This document shows, one piece after another, positions 12,156-22,631 of a stretch of 28,235 nt of DNA (position 1 is the first letter of the stretch; each line of letters begins with the position of its first letter). Source of the stretch: Vitrella brassicaformis CCMP3155 (Eukaryota; Protista; Chromerida); the NCBI GenBank assembly GCA_001179505.1, contig CDMY01000712.1, positions 1 to 28,235 on the forward strand, read 5' to 3'. Made by a program: the position numbers and the translations under genes. The notes below the pieces were generated by a model. That model did not search any database. It saw nothing but the letters and a program-made list of their open reading frames with translations, and was not told the DNA's origin.

Positions 12156-12764
12156 ATGGCGAAAGGTAGGAAGGAGGAGGGATGAGATCTGGAAAGATCA
12201 GCTTCGACTGCCTCGCATCGCGCACGGGCACATCTGTGTTGTGTGTGTGTGTGTGTGTGGTGGTGTGTGTCGTACCCCAGGCGACAAGCGCAAGGGTGCG
12301 AAGCGGTCTCTTGACCCGGCGACTCGTGACTACACGATCCACGTGCGGAAGCTGATCCACGGCGTGGCCTTCAAGAAGAGGGCACCCAGGGCCGTCCGGG
12401 AGATCAAACAGTTCGCCAAGAAGGTCATGAACACTAAGGTACGCACCTCAGCAACCGTGTGAGCCACCCACCCTCCCTCCCTCTCGCCGCGCCGCAACGA
12501 CGTGTCCTGGTGTGTTGTGTGCGCCGTCTGTGTGTTTGTGTGGTTGTGTTGTGTTGTGTGCAGGATGTGCGTATCGACACCAAATTGAACAAGCACATCT
12601 GGAGCAAGGGCATCAGGAACCTCCCCCGCCGCATCCGGGTCCGCATGTCCCGCAAGCGCAACGAGGACGAGGACGCCAAGGAGAAGATGTTCACACTCGT
12701 GCAGCACGTACCCGTCGAGAGCTTCAAGGGACTGCAGACGGAAAACGTCCAGGAAGAGGGATAG
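12156..12764 (+). CDS. RPL31: 60S ribosomal protein L31 (eL31), 3 exons, 122 aa
   Basis: [59 protein letters not shown]. Exons 12156-12165, 12281-12438 and 12564-12764 sum to 369 nt. Confidence 0.97.
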
Positions 12765-14188
12765 ATAGATAGCCTCACACACAACACACTGCGCCCATGG
12801 ACGGAGGGAGGAGCTGTCCCATGCCTTGCTGGACGGACGGACGGCCGCTTTTATGCCGGCAGGTGCATGCGTGTCGCTTGCTTGCCTGTGGCGTGGACCG
12901 TGGCGTGCGTGAGTGATGTGGAGGTGACCGGCTGACTCTCTGACGGACGGCCTGCACACTTATGAAGTGAATGCTTTAAGCACTCAGCCCATCATGTCAT
13001 CGGTCTGTTGCGGTGGGACTGGCGCACTCGGATGACGACTGGACCAATGCCTCCACATCAGTCAGCATAAAAGCTCAGCCAAAACTGGAACAAAATGGGT
13101 CGGTCAGTTTCCGACACTGAAGGCAGGGAGGGAGGGAGGGTGGCAAGTGAAGACGAAGGACGAAGAGGTAGGTACACGGCCACAATGAGTCATGACATGA
13201 CAACACACAGGCACCCCGCAGCCATACGGACGCGACATCTGTTTATTTACAGGCCCGATTACCCCCACTACATGTCCGACGCCAACCATCACACAGGGTA
13301 GCTCGCTAGAAAGACTTAAACAAGGTGTGTGAATGCATACATGCTTGCTTGAAAGCGGCGTCTGAGGGCGCGAGAGGGTAGATGCGATGCGATCAGGACG
13401 GCTTGGTGCTGACGTGTGGTGTGGTGCTTCTCTTCAAAAAGAAGAGTGTGCGGGAGGGAGGGTGTGGCAGTGAGCTGTGGCGTGTCCATCTATCGACCAC
13501 ACCCACAACGGCCGACGGACGGAAGAAAAACCTCTTCTGTGTGACCCAAGCAGTGTCGTGGGTGGGTGGATGGGTGGATGGATGGATAGAGCGAATAAGA
13601 CAGACAGGCAGACACGAATTCCCCTCCCTCTCAAGGCATGCGATAGACGGTGCGGTAGTCTCCTGTGCTGTGCTCTGCTGTTCTGTTCTGTCAAGTCAGT
13701 CAGTCGGTCAGTCAGTCCGTACTCCAAACAAACCACAACGAGCGAGTGCATCGCACCCACACACTGACTCACCCGTACGTGCCCTCCCTACCCCCCGCTC
13801 GCCAACAAAGCCCCACCCACGACTTTGCAGCCCTCACGGACAGCACCAGGCAGGCAGGCAGGCAGCTATACACAGTCCATCCATCCATCAATTCATCCAT
13901 CCATCCATCCAGACACCAATGAGGGAGGGAGGGAGGGAGGGAGGGAAGCAAGATAGAATGACTGTACACACGACACACACCACACCCGACGACGAACGAG
14001 GTGCGGTGCACAGGCTGTCTTTGCCTGTCTGAATTTAAAGATACTCCTGACTTGACTTGCCTTGCCTGACTTCCATTCATGTGCCCAACCAACCAGTGAA
14101 GCGACACGCACACACGCTTCATTCATTCAGCCAGTCAGCGAATGAGCCAAAGCACGCCAGAGGAAGGAACCGAACAGGACATTTCTTT

Positions 14189-16171
14189 TCAGGCTGTTGC
14201 GAGCTCGCCCTTGAGTACGGGAGGGATGTTCGGGCTCTGCTCGCTGCTGAGACCATTCAGCCCTTCCTGCCGCCGATCCTCACTCACGGGGATGAACCTA
14301 CACCAATGTTACGCAAAGAGAGGAAATTGACGTCGCACACATGAACAAGTGAACGGCACATGTGTATGCAGGTGGATATATGTTCAGTGGATGGATGTGC
14401 TGTGGTGTGGTGTGGTGTGTACCTCCAGACGACTGCCAGCGTGGCCCCGGTGACGGCCATCCACACCACAGACACCGCAGGGGGCACACGAACCTGACAC
14501 GACGCGCAGACAGACAGACAGACAGACAGACAGAATGGTGAGAGGGGAGTCAACAGTGTTTTCTCCATCCACGTTGACTGACCGCGAAGTCAGCGAAGTG
14601 CAGCTTGGCAAGGAGGAAGCCGAATGCCGACGACTTCATGGCCGTCTCGATCGCAATGGTCCGCGCCGCAACCTCACCCAAACCCATCGCCTGGCGAACA
14701 CGACATGCACGAGACGACACAATGAATGCATCACGGTCCCGGAGGCCTCTTTGTGTTGGTTCATGCCATCGGTGGCAGTGAGTGTCTGACCTTGGGAATG
14801 AAGAAGCCAAAGAGCCCCCCCAGTAGGTGGAGGAGGATGATGGGTATCTGCAGCTTGATGCCCGCGTCAAGGATAGGCTGGCTGACCTGCGCCACCGACG
14901 ACGCAACCAGCAGACACGTCGATATCACACCCACCAGGGGCGTCACCGGCAGAATCGCCTGGAATGAAACACAGCAACATACGTGCCGTCCGTCCGTCCA
15001 TCCACCCACCCATCCATCCATCCATCCATGCATCCATCCATAAAAATCCACTCACTCATTCAAGCTGGTACCTGTCTGTCTGTCTGTCTGTCTGTCTGTC
15101 TTTGGCTGGCTGTTCCTCAGTTCATTCATGTGACACACTACCTGACTCACCTACCTTGACAGCTTTGTTGAAGAACCTGTTGGCCATCATGCCGACAGCA
15201 ATGGGTCCCAGGACGACTGTCATGGTGCTCTTGACGATGCCGACAGCGTCCAGCGCCACACTGGTGCCCAGCAGGGCCTTGCATAGGAGGGGCGTCGCGA
15301 AGATGGCGCCGATGGTTGTGGCCGTCGTCATCAGCACCGACAGCGCCACGTCGCCCCGGGCAATGTACGTGCACAAATTCGACGCCTGCCCGCCGTTGAT
15401 GCACCCTACCAACACCAGACCTGCCAACCACACAGTCAGCAATGTGCACAAAGACAGCACAGCACCCCTATGTCTACGTGCGTACACATGTACCTGCGGC
15501 AAGTGTCTTGTCGAGTCCCGCGACGGTTCCGAGGAGCTTGGCGAGGTAGGGCATCAGTGCATAGCACCCGACCAGCCCCACACCCACACTCGCCGGCCGC
15601 TTGAGGACCTCGATGAAGTCCTGCGGCGTCAAAGTGATGCCCATCGACAGCATCAGGACGGCCAGCGCACCCGTGAAGTACTCTGTCGTGAACCAGTTGA
15701 ACGACGCGGGGCTCATCAATGCTATGTATGAGAACAGAACGGTCTGCAACAAGCCATCCAGCCAGCCAGGCAGACGAACAAACCAGACAGACAGACAGAC
15801 AGTGCACGCTGCATCGCAACGCCTCGACCTCTCTATGTGTGACTGACCCAAAGGGGGAAGAGGTTCGTCAGCACGTCGCTGATCTTGACGTAGGCCTCAT
15901 ACGCACGACTCCTCTTCGATGCGGCGGCATCCTCGGTTGCTCGCAGAGCACTCGGGTCCCGCTGGACACGCTGCAGACTGCTGACAGATGGACTTGAATG
16001 AGGCCTCATGCGGCGCACTGACCGACGCACTGGCTGCAGGGCGGGCATGACAAATGCCGCATCTTCCATGACGGGCAGGGCTGACGATAGTCGTGGCGGT
16101 CCTGTCGCACAGCATGCTGAAACGAGCGCAACGAAGACAGACACGGCTGTGGCTGCACAGGATGGCTTCAT
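14189..16171 (-). CDS. Bile acid:sodium symporter (BASS/SBF) family transporter, probably plastid-targeted; 7 exons, 431 aa
   Basis: MLSMGITLT, GCINGGQASNLCTYIARGDVALSVLMTT, RTIAIETAMKSS and VPPAVSVVW are BASS motifs. An N-terminal signal-like segment is followed by an S/R-rich extension. Exons 16171-15848, 15743-15494, 15420-15155, 14958-14791, 14690-14583, 14493-14423 and 14297-14189 sum to 1296 nt. Confidence 0.88.
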
Positions 16172-16314
16172 GCTGCACACAGATCCTCTCTCTCACGAAA
16201 AGGGGCGGATCGTCAGGTGTAAGCTCGCATCTCGTCGGCCAGGAAAGGGGAGCAGCCCTCCGTGCGTTGCGCCATCAGCCACACGTCCGACGTGTGGAGC
16301 TCACCCGGAACGCC
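16172..16314. promoter_or_regulatory. Putative bidirectional promoter, BASS / opsin-like gene (143 bp)
   Basis: Divergent ATGs. Contains AGCTCGCA (16222-16229), which is TGCGAGCT on the minus strand. Confidence 0.65.
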
Positions 16315-17944
16315 ATGGACATCAACTCCGTTGACAGCTCCCTCTACGATGACATCAGCCAGACCTCGAGCATCACTCTGGTGAGGGCACTTTTCGAATC
16401 GAACAGATCCATGCACCCGCCCGCGGTGTGTCCATCCATCCATCCATCCATCCATCCATCCATGTTTTGTGATGTCTTTTTTTTTGTGCAGTGGACGACG
16501 TTCGGTGTGTTGTCTGCGTTGGGTCTGTTCATGTGGGTGCGGGCCATCACCGCCACCCAGAAAAGGGCCATCAACTCGGACAACATCTGTATGGCCGTAC
16601 TCCTCACCGGCGCATTCACCTACCTCGGTACCTACTTGATGAAGAGACCAGGGAGGGAGGGAGGGAGGGATGGACAGCACCCAGACAGATGCATCTGTGC
16701 CGCATTGTTCTGGTTGCTGTGCGGATGGTGCAGGTATGAGTTTCGGCGTGGGCAAGGAGTTGTATGCCGACAAGACGGGCGACCACTACCGCGTGACGCT
16801 GCAGCTGCGATACATAGGCCGACTCGTCGGCGGCGCACTGCTCGGATACGCAGTCTCACACCTGGCCAGGTACCATACGGTGAATGAATGGCCACATGGA
16901 TGCGATTCTGTGTTGGTCTGTGTATCTACCGACCTGTGTGTGTGTACGTCAGGGCGACCCGGTACATGCAGCTGGTGCTGATGGTGCTTTGGGGCATCAT
17001 TGTCACCTCACTCCGATACGGTGCGAATGACCTGCCTACCATGCCTACAAAGGACTGCTTAGCATCTGTTCCGCGTGTTTGGGTCCACGTGTACTGTTGC
17101 AGGTCTTCTGGTGGAATGGGATGGCCGCTGGTCGTTCTGGGGCTTCGCTCTGGCCGTCTACGTGGTGTACACCTACCTCCTCACATTCGAAATCGCCCAA
17201 AACGTAGTCGACGCTGAGGTGCAGGTACGCCACACATCGGTGTGTATCCAAACATACATACATAGCACATGGGTGGGATTGGGTGCGGGTGATGGATGTA
17301 CCTGTGTATCCGTTTGTCTGTCTGTCTGTCTGTCAGTGGACGTACAACTTTCTGTCGACGAGCACGAGTGTGTTGATCGGCTTCTACTTTTTGTTCTACG
17401 TCCTGGGGGAGATAATGCAAGTCGTCGACGTGGAAGTCGAAATGTACGTATGGATGGACAATTGTGTGGCAAAGGGAGGGAGGGAGGGAGAAGAATGCCG
17501 TTTGACGCTTCCAAGCGTATGCGGATATATGTGTGTATGTGTGCTCAGCATCGTGCATTGCGTCATGGATTTCCTGCTGCTGGGCTGCCTCCCCACCGCC
17601 ATCACGTTCCTCGAGAACTCCGTCGACGAGGGGCTTTTGCCTTCGGTACGTTATAGGAAACTACCATACACCGATGCATGGTGTTCGACCATGAGTCCTT
17701 TCCTTGTCGATGTGTACCTGGATGAGTGCAGCAAGAGCAGGAGATGAACCTCTACCCAGGTACACAGACAAAGCCAGCAACCAACTACAAGAGGCAAATG
17801 AACAGCTGCAATTCCATCTATCTATCTATCCATCGTGGTGTTGTCTGTGTGTGGTCCATCCCCCTTCCCCTTCATTTTCCTCCCATGTGTGCAGGCCCCC
17901 ACAAGGTCGGTTTCCACCCCAACCCCGAGTACTACGAAAACTAA
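16315..17944 (+). CDS. Microbial (type-1) rhodopsin-fold 7-TM protein lacking the Schiff-base lysine (opsin-related protein); 9 exons, 269 aa
   Basis: Exons 16315-16380, 16492-16627, 16734-16869, 16953-17020, 17103-17224, 17337-17443, 17549-17645, 17732-17759 and 17895-17944 sum to 810 nt. Helix B TYLGMSFGVG, helix C LRYIGRLV, helix E RWSFWGF, helix F VLIGFYFLFYVLGE and helix G EIIVHCVMDFLLLG align by eye to bacteriorhodopsin. Confidence 0.8.
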
Positions 17945-18983
17945 ACATGTCGCGCCAACAATAAAACACACGCATAGCGTGTGTACTGATAGAGATAGCC
18001 TTCCATTCAGCCTGCCTACTTCTTTCCTTGACTTCTTCCCGTGACTTTTTTCTTTTGTATTGGCTGGTCGCACACACACGAAGGGGGTGTTGATTCGATG
18101 GTGCTGCGTGTCCTTGTACGTTCTCGGGTTCTTCAAAGCACACGTCTGGATGGGCTGGGTGGATTGGGTGGCTGGCTGGCTGGCTGTGTGGTAGGGAAGT
18201 GAGTGGAATGCATGAGGTGAATGTTTGGCAGAGAGGGGCTGGCTGGCATCGAATTACGCACCCGTACGTGCAGTGTACAGACAGGCAGACTTCTAGAACA
18301 CCCCGCTGACCGACAAGCGTGTCTGTGTGACGGATCCCCGGAGCTAGACGAACACTGAGCGTTGTCGAACGAATCATTTTCCAAGAATGAGTCCTGAGGA
18401 GGGAATTAAACAAAAGCTATCGCTTCCTCAGAGGCGAGGAAAGGGGAAGATGAGTACATGTACAAATCATGAGCTGATTTGACTCATCGCCTGGTGAGTC
18501 ACACAGCCTGCTGCGGTAGAGAACTGTAGGATTCACTTTCTGACCTCAAACTGCTCACCAAAATAATGAGACAAAGGGAGACAAAGACGACATCGTGGTC
18601 GACAGGTGAGTAAGTGAGAAAACCAGGTAATCAGTCAACCAAGGGCCCAACAATTGCCTTGATGCTGGTCGCCAACTCTGACTAGAGAGACGGAAGCTGC
18701 TATGATTGTCGGATGCCATTGGGATGGATGAAAGAAAGAAGACACATGCTCCCTTCCAAGTCTGCATCATGACCATTACACAGACGACATGACCTGTCTT
18801 CGGGAGGACGCGCGGCATTCGACCCACGCCCCCAAGGGAGAGGACAGGAAAAGCCGACCAGAGAAGGACGAAGAAAGAGGCAGACCCTTGTGGCTGAGTG
18901 GACCGAAACGACACGAGAAATACCGAGCGTCGGACAGGGAGGCAACACACTGAGAGCAGATTCGTCTTCATATCGCCCATGAC

Positions 18984-19283
18984 NNNNNNNNNNNNNNNNN
19001 NNNNNNNNNNNNNNNNNNNNNNNNNNNNNNNNNNNNNNNNNNNNNNNNNNNNNNNNNNNNNNNNNNNNNNNNNNNNNNNNNNNNNNNNNNNNNNNNNNNN
19101 NNNNNNNNNNNNNNNNNNNNNNNNNNNNNNNNNNNNNNNNNNNNNNNNNNNNNNNNNNNNNNNNNNNNNNNNNNNNNNNNNNNNNNNNNNNNNNNNNNNN
19201 NNNNNNNNNNNNNNNNNNNNNNNNNNNNNNNNNNNNNNNNNNNNNNNNNNNNNNNNNNNNNNNNNNNNNNNNNNNNNNNNNNN
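18984..19283. other. Scaffold gap (300 N), probably spurious
   Basis: The same 32 nt (GAGAGCAGATTCGTCTTCATATCGCCCATGAC) flank both sides, at 18952-18983 and 19284-19315. Confidence 0.9.
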
Positions 19284-19367
19284 GAGAGCAGATTCGTCTT
19301 CATATCGCCCATGACTCAGAATAATGTGAGCGAGCGTTGGCGTTAGACGTGGGGCGTCACTTCTCCA

Positions 19368-22237
19368 ATGTGGTGGTTCACGAGCACCCCGGCTGCCATG
19401 GCAATTGGCATCGCCCTCTGCCTCTTCGCCTTTTTCACTCGACACACTTTCGCCCAGAAACAGCAGCAGCAGCAGCAGGATAAGTACTTGACCTTCAGGG
19501 AGAGCGGCCTCGCCTACATCCACCCAAGGGAACACGCACAGTGAGCGCCAAACAGAAGAACCGCAAGAGATACTCACACTCACCCCGGCGTTTGCAACTG
19601 ATGCGATGTGGCCTTTGTGTGTGCAGATATGTGTCGCCCTTCACGACCATCGCCCTCCGCCACGGAGAGGTGCTGCTGTCTGATGGCCTGGAGAGCAAGG
19701 TCAAGGTGTCGGCCCGCGACGAGGGGCAAACGGTGCTGTCCTCCGACCAGCGCACCCTCATCTATAAGCCCGCCACACCCAACAAGCCGCTGCCGCGTGG
19801 AGAGCGGGTCACCGTGCTTGTAAAGCCCGGCATCAAGACAGTCAATGGCACCGTGCTGCCAGGTAGATGGACAGGGAGTCCGGCAGGGGGGAAGGGAACG
19901 GGGCAACACGCCAGGCTGGTGCTGTCACTCACTGTGTTGGGCACGTGTGCGTGTGTGTGCGAATGCAGGCGTTAAGTGGTCATTCATTGTGTCGGACCAT
20001 CATGGTGGCTATCCCGGTGCACGCTTATACGCGGGCAACGACTGGGCTCCGATCGAGCCGAAGGCACTCATGAACCAGCCTATACCCCTCAACACTCACG
20101 CGTCAGTCCTCAGTTTTGACCGCCAAGGCCCGCCCCCCAAATTGCCCTTCCCACCTGCCATGGCTGACATGGAGGAGGGGTGGTACCCTTACACGAATAC
20201 ACATACACATACACATCCATTCCCCACACACTCACCCCACCCCCTATCTGTGTCTGTCCCTATGCGTGCGTCTGTGCCGTGTGTGTACGTCAGGTACGAG
20301 GCGCCCTTTAACCACTACAAGACCATCCCCGACCATCTGCCGCGGATGCGGGTGCGGGGGAAGCCCAAGTATGATCAGCTTGCCCCGGGCTACTTCTTCA
20401 TGTCAAACATGTGAGACGGCACAACGGGCGGACAGACAGGGAAACAGCTTTCTTCATGATCTGGCAAGGGTGTGTGTGATGATCGTGGTGGATGTTGCAG
20501 CATTTTCGACACGGAACCCTTTGGCCACGTGTGGCACCCAGCAGTGATGGTTGTGGACAACCATGGTGACCTTGTCTATTACGATGCCAGGGGTGAATGG
20601 AAGAATCAGACTCGAGGGGAGGCGCCGGGCATCATTGAGATATCGCCGATGGGCCGGCTGCTCGTGAAAGAGAACGAGGCAATCACTGAAAAGGACAATG
20701 ACCTCAATTTCGTCAGACGACACCATCCCGAGCACGGTGGGACAGACAGCTTACCTAAGCCGTGCCATTTTCCTCTTTGTCCCCTTTGTCAGGCTACCAG
20801 TTGAATGCACACGACATGCGAATGGACGCAAAGGGGAACCGGCTCTTCACAATCGCGTAACAGAAACAGAGACGATGCTCACGTACACAGCACTCTTCCT
20901 TTCAACATGATGTGGTATGTTATGTCGCAGCGACCCGCAGCCCATCAATGTGAAGGGCATGTGGGAGGGCGCCCCAGACACCGCAGTCAAAATCGTGGGT
21001 GCGGTCGTCCAGGAGGTCGACCATCAGAACAACGTTGTCATGGAATTTCGCTCGTGGGACCACTTCGAGCTGCCCTGGCTCATCAAGCAGTCTGCCATCG
21101 AGTTCAACGCTACGAGCCCGATATGGGACCTGATTCATCAGTAAGTGCTTCGAACCAGCCAGGCAACACACATACTCGTCGTACATTCCCTCATATCCAT
21201 CTCGCGTGTTCCACGCGTGCGTCATTATTGTGCGTTCGAAGAAACTCAGTAGATTTCACGGACGACGACAGCATCGTCATCAGCTGGAGGGGGACCAGCA
21301 GTGTGCTGAAGGTCGACAGGGAGACCGGCGATGTTGTGTGGCGGCTGGGGGGCACCCAGGCCTTCAACCAGTTCAAGCTTACCCAAGACGCCGCTCCCAA
21401 GGGCGGTAAGTTAGTCGCGTGGAAATCAGAGATTGTGTCTGTTTCTAATCCATGTGTGCCTGCGCCATGATGGATGCAGAATCCAAGATGCCATCGTTCA
21501 TCGGGCAGCATGACGCATCGCTCAAGGGCAACAGGCTGACCGTCTTCGATAATGCATTCCTCGACCGTTACGTACCCGGGTGTGTTGGTGGTGTTGCCAG
21601 CTTTGAGACAACGTTCTCGTCACGGGCACTTGAATACAATCTCGATCAGCACTCAATGGTGGCCAAGAGGATCTTCTCCTACAGCGGCCCCAGACGTGCA
21701 GATGGCAGCCTCAAGTACCGCTATGTCTCGCGGTGCCATGGGAGCTTTCAGAAGACCGACAAGGGCACCGGGGTCATCGGCTGGGGGGGGATGCACATCA
21801 CCGGCCACCTGCCTGTTGTCGAGGAGGTCTCTGTCGACGGCGAGCTGCTGCTATCGTTCGACTGGATGAGCGGCGCCAACTCGTACAGGGCGAGGAAATA
21901 CGGGTGGCGGAACGTCACACCGCACTGGCGCCCGACGCTGCTGCTCATCGACCAGGTGCTCTACTACAGCTGGAACGGCTCCACCGACGTGGCTGCGTGG
22001 CGCATCGAGGCGGCAGAGGGGCCCGGCAAGCCATTCACCCGAGTGACGAAACACAAGCGGACCAGATTCGAGCACTCGGTCGCTCTGACCAAGACGGCCT
22101 TGACGCCTGGCGGCCGTTGCATGGTGTACCGGGCGATTGCCATGGGGAAGGACGGCAAGCAGCTCGGGGCGAGCGATGGTGTGCACACAGCCGAGTGCGG
22201 TGACACCGGTGGCAAGAAGGGCACCGTGCGAGCCTAA
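19368..22237 (+). CDS. Secreted arylsulfotransferase (ASST / Arylsulfotran_2-like beta-propeller) with an N-terminal bacterial Ig-like domain, copy 1; 9 exons, ~720 aa
   Basis: Signal peptide plus polyQ; Ig-like segment SDQRTLIYKP...LPRGERVTVLVKPGIKTVNG; ASST motifs HDMR, DLIHQNSV, ISWR, KVDRETGDVVWRLGG, QHDA..LTVFDN, SYRARKY.W and YYSWNGSTDV..W. Exons 19368-19540, 19627-19862, 19969-20182, 20294-20410, 20501-20736, 20793-20856, 20931-21140, 21242-21405 and 21480-22237 sum to 2172 nt. The start could instead be the ATG at 19398. Confidence 0.85.
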
Positions 22238-22331
22238 GGGAAGGGGTCTCTGTCTCGGTAGCGTTTGTCAATGTGTGCAAGATCAGGTTGTTGTGGGTGC
22301 CTCATGTGCTGCATGTGTGTGTGTGTGTGTG

Positions 22332-22631
22332 NNNNNNNNNNNNNNNNNNNNNNNNNNNNNNNNNNNNNNNNNNNNNNNNNNNNNNNNNNNNNNNNNNNNN
22401 NNNNNNNNNNNNNNNNNNNNNNNNNNNNNNNNNNNNNNNNNNNNNNNNNNNNNNNNNNNNNNNNNNNNNNNNNNNNNNNNNNNNNNNNNNNNNNNNNNNN
22501 NNNNNNNNNNNNNNNNNNNNNNNNNNNNNNNNNNNNNNNNNNNNNNNNNNNNNNNNNNNNNNNNNNNNNNNNNNNNNNNNNNNNNNNNNNNNNNNNNNNN
22601 NNNNNNNNNNNNNNNNNNNNNNNNNNNNNNN
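22332..22631. other. Scaffold gap (300 N)
   Basis: N run starting at a (GT)n tract; it hides the 5' end of ASST copy 2. Confidence 0.95.

Noticed and set aside
13032-13120. Possible C/D-box snoRNA (ATGACGA...CTGA, 89 nt) downstream of RPL31
   Set aside because: Box C is imperfect, there is no terminal stem, and I recognise no rRNA-complementary guide; the pre-D segment forms its own small hairpin.
18952-19315. 32-bp direct repeat flanking a 300-N gap, resembling a target-site duplication
   Set aside because: A k-mer-sized overlap at two contig ends; an unmerged-contig artefact is far more likely than an insertion.
19462-19479. (CAG)n polyQ after the ASST signal peptide
   Set aside because: A six-codon slippage tract in a microsatellite-rich genome, with no sign of function.
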